DNA from: Candidatus Collierbacteria bacterium GW2011_GWB1_44_6
GTDB lineage: Bacteria > Patescibacteriota > Microgenomatia > UBA1400 > MFAQ01
Assembly (NCBI GenBank): GCA_000998025.1
Contig: LCJG01000001.1
Span: 1-48,344 of the forward strand
Direction of reading: 5' to 3'
Length of the DNA: 48,344 bases
Shown here one piece after another: positions 23,748-33,060 of this stretch. The notes beneath the pieces are model-generated. The model did not search any database. It worked only from the letters and a program-made list of their open reading frames with translations, and was not told the origin of the DNA. The translations under genes and the position numbers were made by a program. How positions within the stretch are numbered: position 1 is the stretch's first letter; the number at the start of each line of letters is the position of its first letter.

Positions 23748-26165
23748 CTACTTAATCTGCAAGGCGTATCCCATTAGGATATCTGCCTGGATTTGTTTGT
23801 CTAGCTTTACCCACATCTTTGAATTGGAAACTTCCTTAGACTCGCTCGATCTATCCAATGCCAAAGCGGCCAAAGCAGAACCAAAGTAGCTAAGTTTCTG
23901 TTTTGGCTCAGACAGTTGTTTATTTACACCCGCTCCGTTTAAGGAGTTTGGCAGGGGACTGCTTGCCAAAATAGTTTCCATGACTTGATCAATGGCGTTC
24001 CACATATCTATAGCATTTTCAAAATATTCATAATTTGTTGTTCTTTTTGCTTTTTTATATTCATCTCGAAGACTAACTCGCAAAGTTGTAGCTGACAGTA
24101 TACGTCTGTTCATAGCTGCCGTTTGATCAGCCAATAGTTCGATGTTTCCTTTTGTGTCCCACTTTGGCGAATATTCATTAAGTTTCTTTTTTGCTTCAAG
24201 TAAATATCTGGCCGAAGTAAGATCATCACCCACCACGTTCACCGAACCACCTTCCACTGTAAACTTGTCTGTTTGTCCGATATTTTTTAAATCACCCGTG
24301 ACCGTCTCCCACTGGCCATTGGAAGTAATGTTTCCCAAATGTAATTTATATTTGCCGGTTTCATTCGCAATTACTTTCACCACTACTTTGCTTCCGTCAT
24401 ACCCGGGTAAAAAGTAGAGTTTTCCGTCTGCGAGTGAAACTCCTCCGGAAAGATTACACGAGCTTTCGTCCGCATTGCAGACAGTTATCGTTCCCGGGGA
24501 CTGCAACACCGCCACCAAGGCGTTTTGTTCACTGGTCGTACTGCCACCGACAATGTCATCAGTCGCCAATCCCAAAGATTCAAAAATTTTCCTGATATTT
24601 TGGTCGTGGGCAACCAGGTTTGCATGACTTCCGTTTCCTGGTATTTCAGTTGTGAAGGGTCCCTTGGCGCTGTTTTTAATCACCGTGCCGTCCCCAGGCT
24701 GAAACTCATACGGGTCAGCGTACGCTGGCTTCCCATCTTCCCAAAGCCCAAACAGTTTTTCATATGTACTAGGCTTCTCCGCATTTACAACCGCTCTGGT
24801 TTGTTCATCGCTACTCCAAAGTGGAAGCAAGATCTCGTTTACCACAGCACTGGCTCCATTAAGATTTTTTAAGTATTGATTTTTTTGTTTCAGCGAGTCC
24901 CACGGCTGAAGTTCACCGTTTTTCGCTATATAGTCGGTAGTGGGCAACAGATCTTTGACGGATGGTGCTATGCGTCTGATGGCGTCTATTTTTGTTTCTC
25001 CAGGCTTGCGGTGGAGTTGCGCTTGAGTTTCAAGTAATACTTTTTCCCACCAGACATCACCCCACACAGAAGCTCCCTCCCAAATGTTGTACGCTTCTAA
25101 AGTACCCTCATGTGGCGATCCGGCGGTGATTATTTTGTTCACCTTTTCAAGTCCATATTTTTGGGCATATGCTCGCGCCACCAGTCCACCCATACTATGG
25201 CCAATAAAATTACTCTTTTTTTCATCAAGATTTTTTTCCTCCAAAAATGATTTCAAATCATCCGCCAATTGGTCCAGTGGCTTCCTCCAGTCATATGCAA
25301 AGACAAACAAATCCTTTCCTTCCTCGTATCCAGCGTCTATTGTTGACTGCTTAAGCCCATCATATACTTTGACATAATCCGGTATCTTCCAGTTGTTTCC
25401 CTCAGTCCCCGTCAAAATCGCCAACTCATCCCAACTCCCTCCAAACCCAGGGATAACCACCACGGGGACCTTGCTCTCTTTCGCATTAAAGATTCGAAAA
25501 TAATCAACGAGGATAGACGACCACGTCTGTGATTGGCTTGTTCTTTGAGGGTTCCCAATCCAAAATTGTGAAATTTTTCTTGAGCTATCTTTCGTTTCAA
25601 AAGAGTCGTCGTTAAAAGTCAGCACATAATGATCTTCTTTTTCTTCAATACTGATATCAATCCAACCGCCGTATGCGGCATAGGCAATATGCGTGTACGA
25701 TCCGTTTGTACAGCTCAACGAGTTTTGTAGACACAGAGAGGTTGATATATCCACAATATTATTGTTTACTGGCCATACGGCAAATATTAAGTCGCCCGAT
25801 GCTAGGTTAGAAGTTGTTCCGTTCGTAAGTAATTTATCTGTGAAAATCGCCCCATTTCCATAAGTCAATGGTCCTGAAAATTTAAGTCTCAAATCAATTA
25901 CAAAATCTTTCTCGGGTAATTCAATGTTTTTTAAAAACATATATGGAAAGTAAACGCCGGGGTTTGAAGTTAGACTAAGTTGGGTACTATTAATTATTTT
26001 AATATCCCCACCTGTGTTTGGATTAAATTGCCAATGAGTGTTATCTAAACTGGCAAAATCTTCGGAGAAAATACTCTCTATAGCTAGAGCCTTGCCGGGT
26101 AAAATCAGTTGGAGTGACAAATAAACAAAGAGACAAAACCAACGAAAGGATGCAGGTGCTTTCAT
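23748..26165 (-). CDS. Large secreted protein: ConA/LamG-like N-domain + alpha/beta-hydrolase lipase/esterase (PGAP1/LCAT-like) + C-terminal beta-sandwich and helical region
   Basis: Signal peptide MKAPASFRWFCLFVYLSLQLILPGKALA. Lipase core VVVIPGFGGSWD with nucleophile elbow FIGHSMGGLVARAYA (GxSxG). The N-terminal region of about 200 aa has lectin-like composition. 805 aa. Confidence 0.65.
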   Translation of the reverse strand: MKAPASFRWFCLFVYLSLQLILPGKALAIESIFSEDFASLDNTHWQFNPNTGGDIKIINSTQLSLTSNPGVYFPYMFLKNIELPEKDFVIDLRLKFSGPLTYGNGAIFTDKLLTNGTTSNLASGDLIFAVWPVNNNIVDISTSLCLQNSLSCTNGSYTHIAYAAYGGWIDISIEEKEDHYVLTFNDDSFETKDSSRKISQFWIGNPQRTSQSQTWSSILVDYFRIFNAKESKVPVVVIPGFGGSWDELAILTGTEGNNWKIPDYVKVYDGLKQSTIDAGYEEGKDLFVFAYDWRKPLDQLADDLKSFLEEKNLDEKKSNFIGHSMGGLVARAYAQKYGLEKVNKIITAGSPHEGTLEAYNIWEGASVWGDVWWEKVLLETQAQLHRKPGETKIDAIRRIAPSVKDLLPTTDYIAKNGELQPWDSLKQKNQYLKNLNGASAVVNEILLPLWSSDEQTRAVVNAEKPSTYEKLFGLWEDGKPAYADPYEFQPGDGTVIKNSAKGPFTTEIPGNGSHANLVAHDQNIRKIFESLGLATDDIVGGSTTSEQNALVAVLQSPGTITVCNADESSCNLSGGVSLADGKLYFLPGYDGSKVVVKVIANETGKYKLHLGNITSNGQWETVTGDLKNIGQTDKFTVEGGSVNVVGDDLTSARYLLEAKKKLNEYSPKWDTKGNIELLADQTAAMNRRILSATTLRVSLRDEYKKAKRTTNYEYFENAIDMWNAIDQVMETILASSPLPNSLNGAGVNKQLSEPKQKLSYFGSALAALALDRSSESKEVSNSKMWVKLDKQIQADILMGYALQIK

Positions 26166-26183
26166 TGTTAAACTAAATTATTA

Positions 26184-27074
26184 ATGTTATCCTCACATAA
26201 AATGAACAATAACCGTATAGCAATAATAATTGTAACTTTTAATTCCGAAAAGTATATATCCAATTGTATAAACGCAATTCAGAACAACTTTTCCAAAAAA
26301 AATCTTTACGAAATTATAATAATCGATAATAACTCAAGTGATGAAACTGTCAAAATTATAAAGAGAATACAAGCTGAACATCCTTCGGTTAAATTGATTC
26401 AAAACAACAAAAATCTTGGTTTTGCAAAAGCGGTAAACCTCGGTATCAGATTGAAAAAGCAATCAGATTATTATTTGTTAATTAATCCAGACACGATTAT
26501 TAACGGATCATCAATAATTAACTTGATTCGTTGTGCCATCAAGTCAGATTCGGGAATAGTTGGAGGAACTACGTACGATAGTAATAAGGCACAAAGCGGA
26601 AGTTTCTTTCGGTTTCCAAACTTGTGGGTGGGGTTATTCGATTTTACAAACCTGAGGAAATTTGATCGAACAGACTACTGGCATAAATATTTTTATTATC
26701 TTGATAGAGATTCCTCAAACCGCGCCTGTTTTCCTGTTGATGTTGTTACAGGAGGATTTATGCTAATAACAAAAAAAACAATCAAAAAAAATGGATATTT
26801 TGATGAAAAATTCTTTATGTATCTCGAAGATGTGGACTTTTGCCTTCGAGCAAAAAAAATAGGTATCAAAGTATCCCATTGTAATGATGCTAAAACATTT
26901 CATTTTGGTGGGGGAAGTAGTAACAACAAAGACAGAATCCGCCACTCAGCATGGCTTTTCTCCAGAAAGCTTTATTATTTAAAGAACTTTAATCTACTAA
27001 CAAATATTCTAATCCAGCCTGTCTTTTTATTAGATGACGTATACATATTGCTTAACAAATTGTTCATGAAATGA
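26184..27074 (+). CDS. Glycosyltransferase family 2 (rhamnosyltransferase-like)
   Basis: Motifs IAIIIVTFNS, IIIDNNSSDET, NLGFAKAVNLG, LINPDT and FFMYLEDVDFCLRAKKIG. An alternative start is ATG 26202. Very AT-rich gene. Confidence 0.8.
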   Translation: MLSSHKMNNNRIAIIIVTFNSEKYISNCINAIQNNFSKKNLYEIIIIDNNSSDETVKIIKRIQAEHPSVKLIQNNKNLGFAKAVNLGIRLKKQSDYYLLINPDTIINGSSIINLIRCAIKSDSGIVGGTTYDSNKAQSGSFFRFPNLWVGLFDFTNLRKFDRTDYWHKYFYYLDRDSSNRACFPVDVVTGGFMLITKKTIKKNGYFDEKFFMYLEDVDFCLRAKKIGIKVSHCNDAKTFHFGGGSSNNKDRIRHSAWLFSRKLYYLKNFNLLTNILIQPVFLLDDVYILLNKLFMK

Positions 27075-28165
27075 AAAGGATATATATCGTTCGTGGAGGA
27101 TTTTTGAATCCGTTTGAGCTTCAAAACTACTCTCCATTAAAAGAAAAATTTGATATCAAGACGGTATCATCGAAATTCCCGATTTCGGACAAAATTGAAT
27201 TGCCTCTGATCAAACTTTGGTCGCCGACAGACTTACCGAATTTTCCCTACAAATTTCCGGTATTAAACCGCATATATACCGACGCGCATCAATTGTTTGG
27301 ATTAGAAAAAGTCATCGACGGCGCTGACATTGTTCATGTGGCCGAAACATACTACGGCTATACTCATCAGGCTATTTTGGCCAAGAGGGGAGGGCGGGTA
27401 AAAAAGATTGTCAGTACTGTTTGGGAAGTTCTCCCTCATAGCAACGAAGGGATTAAAGGCAGAAAAGAGTATAAGAAATTAGCCAGGGAAAATATCGATC
27501 ATTTCATAGCCGTCACGGAACTGGCAAAAAAAGCTTTGATAAAGGAGGGGGTCGCAGAATCAAAAATATCCGTTATTCCCATCGGTATCGATCTTAAAAA
27601 ATTTAAACCAATAAACAAAAAAAAGAAAGCCCGGGCAATCAATATTCTTTGTGTCGCCCGTCTAGTACCGGAGAAGGGGATAGAAGATTTGTTGGAGGCC
27701 TTCCTCAGGATAAGGGAAAAGAATCCTCACGCCCACCTTACTTTGGTTGGCAGTGGCCCTCTTAAGCATGATTTAATTGGATATAAGAACCTTCATCTTA
27801 AAGTAGTCCCCTATTCCCAAATCCAAAACGAATATCAGCAAGCTGACATTTTTTGCCTTCCCAGTAGAGCTACCAAAACCTGGCAAGAGCAATACGGCAT
27901 GGCTCTGATCGAGGCTATGGCCTGTGGTCTTCCCGTCGTTACCACCTTTACCGGAGCAATACCAGAAGTCTGCGGGAATGTCGCCATGTATAGTCAGTCT
28001 TCGGACTCTTCGGGGCTGCAGCACAATTTAGAAAGGCTAATAAACAGTGAAGATTTAAGACAAAAAACAGGTTCTCTTTCTCGTGAACGGGCAGAAAACC
28101 TCTTTGACCGCGAAAAAGTGGCCAAGCAAATCCAAAAGCTCTACGGTAGACTTGCCGCGCGGTGA
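27071..28165 (+). CDS. Glycosyltransferase family 4 (GT-B, GT1-like)
   Basis: ATGA overlap with the previous gene. Contains the C-terminal EX7E region EQYGMALIEAMACGLPVVTT. Confidence 0.8.
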   Translation: MKRIYIVRGGFLNPFELQNYSPLKEKFDIKTVSSKFPISDKIELPLIKLWSPTDLPNFPYKFPVLNRIYTDAHQLFGLEKVIDGADIVHVAETYYGYTHQAILAKRGGRVKKIVSTVWEVLPHSNEGIKGRKEYKKLARENIDHFIAVTELAKKALIKEGVAESKISVIPIGIDLKKFKPINKKKKARAINILCVARLVPEKGIEDLLEAFLRIREKNPHAHLTLVGSGPLKHDLIGYKNLHLKVVPYSQIQNEYQQADIFCLPSRATKTWQEQYGMALIEAMACGLPVVTTFTGAIPEVCGNVAMYSQSSDSSGLQHNLERLINSEDLRQKTGSLSRERAENLFDREKVAKQIQKLYGRLAAR

Positions 28166-29526
28166 AGGTTCCTCTCTTCGGCTATTTTGTTTTTGAGTAA
28201 GTGATAAAAGTGTCTCAGGATATTCTTCGGATGTTTAATAAAGTCGATATAGTATCTTTTTTTCTGTTCTCTCTTAAACATAAGAACAAGCTTATATAGC
28301 TCTTCTCGGGATAAGGTTTCGGACAGGATAATCGCATCTTGATGATTCTCCAGAAATTCGACATTCAAGGTCGACCAGTCCATTTTTTCACTCACCACAC
28401 CCTTCTCTTTAGCATATTCCCAGATAGGCGTACCGGGAAGGGGAGTCAGTACATAAATTCCAAAACCACGCAACTTACTATCCTTAATAAATTTAAAGGT
28501 TTCCATAATTTCTTCTCTAGTCTCGTCCGGTGAGCCAATGATAAAAGAGGCGCTCGGTTCAATACCGTGCTTTTTTAGTACGCGCACAGCCCTCATATGA
28601 TCTTTAATGTTGATATTGTTTCCTTTGAGTGAGTTCAGCACTCTCTGATTTCCCGATTCAAGCCCCATGGACACTCCTTTAACATTCAGCTTTTTGAGGA
28701 GCCGCACCATACTTTCATCAACCAAATTGGACCGTACGGCACAGCTAAAAGAAATTTTTCCTAACAATTTCTCCTTCCGAAGTAGAGCAATTATCTCCTT
28801 AATTCTTGGTTTGCTGACGATAAAGAGATCGTCCCAAAAATCAACTTCTCTTACGCCATATGTTTCGTAAAGGTGTTTTACTTCTTTTACTACATACTCA
28901 GCCGAAAAGAATCTGGTACTATTCCAAAATCTCGATGAAGCGCAAAAGATGCAGCGGTACGGACACCCCCTTGAAGAAAATACATGAGTGCACTTCTCAA
29001 TTTTCATCAAATCTCTAGCCGGTATTGGAAGCTTATCCATAGGTACTATCGGTGTCCGATTTTCCGTTTGAACAATTTTCTTTCCGGACCAAAAAGCGAT
29101 CCCTTTAAGCTGGTTCAATTCATTCTTTGTAAATTTTCTATTTTTCAGGAATATCGAGAACAGTTCTCTGATCGCTGCCTCGCCCTCGCCGATGACTGAC
29201 ACGTCCATATCTTTGGTCATGGTTGTAGGCAAAACCGTAATGTGAGTACCGCCAATCAAGACGGGGATGTTACGTTTCTTAGCCAATTTGGCATATTTCA
29301 TGGCGTAGTTGTAGTTTTGAGAAACACAGGTAATACCGACAATATCCGGTTTGTAGCTCTTAATCGTCTCTTCAATCTCGCGGTCTATAATCTTAAAATC
29401 GATCAAATCATGTCCAAACTCACTCCGTAGTGAGCTCACCAGGTACCCGAGACTGAGTGGGGGGAGGGAGGTTTGCAATGACTTGGAGATGTCAATCGCA
29501 TTGATTAGCAGAAATTTGAGTTTCAT
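28141..29526 (-). CDS. B12-binding-domain radical SAM enzyme (class B rSAM, probable methyltransferase)
   Basis: The N-terminal cobalamin-binding-like Rossmann region is DIVGITCVSQNY...IPVLIGGTHITVLP. The radical SAM cluster motif is SSRGCPYRCIFC (CxxxCxxC). Confidence 0.8.
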   Translation of the reverse strand: MKLKFLLINAIDISKSLQTSLPPLSLGYLVSSLRSEFGHDLIDFKIIDREIEETIKSYKPDIVGITCVSQNYNYAMKYAKLAKKRNIPVLIGGTHITVLPTTMTKDMDVSVIGEGEAAIRELFSIFLKNRKFTKNELNQLKGIAFWSGKKIVQTENRTPIVPMDKLPIPARDLMKIEKCTHVFSSRGCPYRCIFCASSRFWNSTRFFSAEYVVKEVKHLYETYGVREVDFWDDLFIVSKPRIKEIIALLRKEKLLGKISFSCAVRSNLVDESMVRLLKKLNVKGVSMGLESGNQRVLNSLKGNNINIKDHMRAVRVLKKHGIEPSASFIIGSPDETREEIMETFKFIKDSKLRGFGIYVLTPLPGTPIWEYAKEKGVVSEKMDWSTLNVEFLENHQDAIILSETLSREELYKLVLMFKREQKKRYYIDFIKHPKNILRHFYHLLKNKIAEERNLHRAASLP

Positions 29527-29589
29527 ATACAGATCCCAATTTTACATCAGCAATACGTGTTGCTGGTCTATAATTAGATCCAGTCAATT

Positions 29590-30900
29590 ATGTCTATCAA
29601 ACGGAATTTAATTAAGAATACCGGCTTTAACTTGGCCGGCTACTTTTACCTACTTTTAGCCAGCTTCTTCTCTATCTCCATTCTCCTGAACAATCTAGGT
29701 AGAGATGTTTTTGGCGTTTACCTGTTTCTGACGTCATTTATTGCTTTAGCGTCTGTATTTGACTTTGGTATATCCAACGCTGTTATTAGAAAACTTTCTC
29801 TGCCACAGACAACCAAGGAAGAAAAGGTTAAAACCTGGAAAACCTCTTTTGCCATTTTTTTCTCCCTAGCTTTCATTCTGTTTATCGGAATTATTACTTT
29901 GCTTCTCTATCTTTCCCGTTCGATGCCCATTTTCGAACATATAGATATAAGTACCATCAATTGGTCGATTGTATTTCTGGCCATTATTGTTTTTATTAAC
30001 CACCTAAACACTCATTTTCTGAATCTGCCCCAAGCAGAACAGCGCTTCGACATTTTCAATTCCAAAACTATTCTAGTTGGGACGGCCAACACCGTTATTT
30101 GTGCTGTTGTATCTGGTTTCTACCCAAACATCGCAGTGCTTTACTCTGTCCAGCTAGTGTTTCATCTTTTTACCTTTGTTTATATGATTTTTTATGCCAT
30201 AAAGTTTTTTCCGGGTCGAGACTTTTCCCCATCTTACGATAGGGTAGTTGGTCGAGAACTTTTTTCATTTGGCCTAAGGAACTTCATTGGTACGCTGGCG
30301 GGCCAGATAGAAAACCAATTCAGCAACTTTATTCTCGGTGCTCTTGTCTCCGCCAAAGCGGTCACGTCATTTAGTATTCCTCAAAGTATCGTGGCCAAAG
30401 GAGCCGGGGTTATTTCCCAATTTGCTCAGGCATTTTTCCCTTTAAGCGCCTCACTCTTGGAGAAGGACCGCATCAAGAAACTAAAGTCGTTAGTCATGGG
30501 AATTGAGGGTCTTACCCTAGTTGGCGGAATTCTCGCTGTCACTCTCTCATATACCATTGGAGAACAATTTTTAACCTGGTGGTTAAAAGACCAAATTGTT
30601 GTTCAGACGGCCTTTCCGGTGTTAAAGGTATTAAGTTTCTATTTCTTGCTTGTCTCCCTAACTCCTGTCCCCACGGCCTTACTTCAGGGTCTAAATAAAC
30701 CTCAAATACCTTCATTTTTCGGTGCCCTTACCGTCGCTATCGAAATCATCCTTGCTCTGATACTGGTTCCCTCTTTTGGGGTCATTGGAGTAGCCTATGC
30801 TTACTTGGCCAGTGTCTGCTTTACTGTCCCGGCGATTCTCATCGTTACCTGGAAGCAGCTAGATCGGGAAATCAAGAAATTAGATCCGCCTCAACAATAA
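29590..30900 (+). CDS. Wzx-like polysaccharide flippase (MOP superfamily)
   Basis: 436 aa with about 12 TM helices. The N-terminus NLIKNTGFNLAGYFYLLLASFFSISILLNNLG...FGVY is typical of the polysaccharide biosynthesis protein family. Confidence 0.7.
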   Translation: MSIKRNLIKNTGFNLAGYFYLLLASFFSISILLNNLGRDVFGVYLFLTSFIALASVFDFGISNAVIRKLSLPQTTKEEKVKTWKTSFAIFFSLAFILFIGIITLLLYLSRSMPIFEHIDISTINWSIVFLAIIVFINHLNTHFLNLPQAEQRFDIFNSKTILVGTANTVICAVVSGFYPNIAVLYSVQLVFHLFTFVYMIFYAIKFFPGRDFSPSYDRVVGRELFSFGLRNFIGTLAGQIENQFSNFILGALVSAKAVTSFSIPQSIVAKGAGVISQFAQAFFPLSASLLEKDRIKKLKSLVMGIEGLTLVGGILAVTLSYTIGEQFLTWWLKDQIVVQTAFPVLKVLSFYFLLVSLTPVPTALLQGLNKPQIPSFFGALTVAIEIILALILVPSFGVIGVAYAYLASVCFTVPAILIVTWKQLDREIKKLDPPQQ

Positions 30901-31543
30901 ACTGATAGGAAAATAAATCCGGAATCAACTCGACCAATCTATACTGCCAGGAAGTGGGGAGTCTATCCGTAATTATATAAAGTAAAGGCACTTTGCACAT
31001 ACCATTGGTTGGAATTATTTTAATTATTTTGTAGCCCATTTTTTTCAGCAGATCTATAATACTTTTTTGGGTGTAGAAGTGTACGTGTGTTTCGTCCAAT
31101 ATCCCGGTCGTGGTATATCTGAACTCACCCTTTAGTAGCATCCACCGGATAGACGCGTGAGCAATATTTGGAACAGAGATTACGATTTTTCCGCCATCTT
31201 TCAGGTAGTGTTTTGCCAAAGATAGGATGTTTTTTGGCTGACGCAAATGCTCAATTACATCCAAAATGACAATATAATCAAAGTACTTTTTGGGAACAGT
31301 CAAGCTAGAAACCTCGTCCACGTTACTGAGAATTACCTTTTTGCAATATTTGCTTGCCTTCTTGAGTGCTAGTTTGTCATTGTCGACCCCCCAGGTCTCA
31401 CAGTTCTTTTTGGTCAGCTGACGGGCAAAATATCCTGTGGCACAGCCAATATCCAGTATTTTCGATCCCGGATCAATACAGCCAAGCGCTAGCCGGTGAG
31501 ACTCGTACTCATTCTTGTTAAATTCGTCATAGTGGTACTTCAT
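30872..31543 (-). CDS. Class I SAM-dependent methyltransferase
   Basis: Motif I is KILDIGCATGYFARQL, with the post-I acidic residue in GVDND and motif II/III YIVILDVIEHL. Confidence 0.75.
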   Translation of the reverse strand: MKYHYDEFNKNEYESHRLALGCIDPGSKILDIGCATGYFARQLTKKNCETWGVDNDKLALKKASKYCKKVILSNVDEVSSLTVPKKYFDYIVILDVIEHLRQPKNILSLAKHYLKDGGKIVISVPNIAHASIRWMLLKGEFRYTTTGILDETHVHFYTQKSIIDLLKKMGYKIIKIIPTNGMCKVPLLYIITDRLPTSWQYRLVELIPDLFSYQFIVEADLIS

Positions 31544-32211
31544 GAAAAAAATTCTATCTCCTGTCTAAAAAACAGTTCACTCACGGCACGCCTCAGCAGT
31601 CTTCCTATCTCGTGTATGCGGTGAGTGTATGGTTTGTGTACTGATATTTTTTGAATATTCTTTTTTAAGTTGTTTTTGATTTTTTTCAACAGTTTCTCAT
31701 TTTCCCCTTTTATACCAACGACAATTACGTGCTGAGGATTGAGTTTTACCTCATCGTCAAAAGGGGGAGAAATTGAGAATACAAGTTTACTCTGAAGTCC
31801 TGGAAATAGAGATTTCAGACCAAAGGGTGTATAGCGGAAATAATCCGAGGGGTGTTTGTGTATTGGAAAATTTTGCTGGCTAGAGACAATCGCTATACCC
31901 TTCGGTCGAAGCACTCTTTCAATTTCGGCGCAAACCAGCCAGGGTTTATCGGCATGTTCCAGCGTTTCCAAACACAGTACCAGATCAAAAGACTTGTCGG
32001 GGAATGGCATACTGTTTCCACTTGCCACTATATCTACTCCAGGACCTTCTTGCATATCCAAGCCTACATAAGTACTCTTTTCAAAAAAATCTCTGACATC
32101 CGCCAGCTCGTTTTGGTTATATGCCTGGCGTGATCCGACCTCCAGAACCTTCCTCGGAATTCCGATACTATCCTTGATTACTTCAACTGCCGCTCGAAGA
32201 GGCTTGGTCAT
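31540..32211 (-). CDS. Class I SAM-dependent methyltransferase
   Basis: Contains VLEVGSRQAY, YVGLDMQEG and FDLVLCLETLEHADKP. ATGA overlap with the downstream methyltransferase. Confidence 0.7.
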   Translation of the reverse strand: MTKPLRAAVEVIKDSIGIPRKVLEVGSRQAYNQNELADVRDFFEKSTYVGLDMQEGPGVDIVASGNSMPFPDKSFDLVLCLETLEHADKPWLVCAEIERVLRPKGIAIVSSQQNFPIHKHPSDYFRYTPFGLKSLFPGLQSKLVFSISPPFDDEVKLNPQHVIVVGIKGENEKLLKKIKNNLKKNIQKISVHKPYTHRIHEIGRLLRRAVSELFFRQEIEFFS

Positions 32212-32229
32212 TGGGTTAGAATATAGCAG

Positions 32230-33060
32230 ATGTCCAAAAAAATATCAGCCATTATCCTCAACTACAAGCACCCGGAAGATACCATCCATTGTATCCAAGC
32301 CCTTATGAAGGCCGATATGGGCCAATCTCTGGATTACTACATTGTTGATAACTCGCCTGACGCAGAAGTGGAAAAAGAATTCAAAAAGAAGTTTCCTAAA
32401 GTCCATTACATCAGTTCACCAACTAACCCTGGCTTTGCGGCGGGAAACAACAAGGCCATCAGGAAAGGTCTTAAGTCTGGCTGTGAATACTTTTTAATTA
32501 TCAATCCCGATGCCACCGTTAATCATCGTTTTTTTGTTCCCTTGCTGAGGCATTTCAAGGATAAGTCTGTCGGCATAGTTGCTCCGACCGTCTACCATAC
32601 CCAAAAAGGCAAAAAAATCTATGGCCTAGAGGGAAAAGTTGACTGGAAATATGCCAAGCCGGAACACCGCAACTTATCCAAAGTAAAAAATCTGGGTCCA
32701 ATCACGGCGGAATTTGTCACCTTTGCCTGTGTTTTGATCAGCAAAGATACTTTCAAAAAGGCTGGCTTACTGGATGAAGGCTACTTTATGTATTTTGAGG
32801 ATGTTGACTACTGTCTCTCCGCCGGTAAAGAGGGTAAAAAAATCATTCTTGATCCCAGTGTTATCGTCTCTCACTGCACCTCCTCGTCGTTCAAAAAGCC
32901 AACTCAAAAACTATTCATAAGTTTTAAGAGCCACCTGCGTTTTATCAAAAAGTGGCTTCCTACTACGAAACGGCTAATACCCTATCTCTATGCTCTAATG
33001 ACGTACCCCTATCTCTATCTTCTTTGGACTTATCACGGAATAAAATATAGAAATGTCTAA
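32230..33060 (+). CDS. Glycosyltransferase family 2
   Basis: Motifs ISAIILNYKH, YYIVDNSPD, NPGFAAGNNKAI, LIINPDA and YFMYFEDVDYCLSAGKEG. Paralogous to 26184..27074. Confidence 0.8.
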   Translation: MSKKISAIILNYKHPEDTIHCIQALMKADMGQSLDYYIVDNSPDAEVEKEFKKKFPKVHYISSPTNPGFAAGNNKAIRKGLKSGCEYFLIINPDATVNHRFFVPLLRHFKDKSVGIVAPTVYHTQKGKKIYGLEGKVDWKYAKPEHRNLSKVKNLGPITAEFVTFACVLISKDTFKKAGLLDEGYFMYFEDVDYCLSAGKEGKKIILDPSVIVSHCTSSSFKKPTQKLFISFKSHLRFIKKWLPTTKRLIPYLYALMTYPYLYLLWTYHGIKYRNV

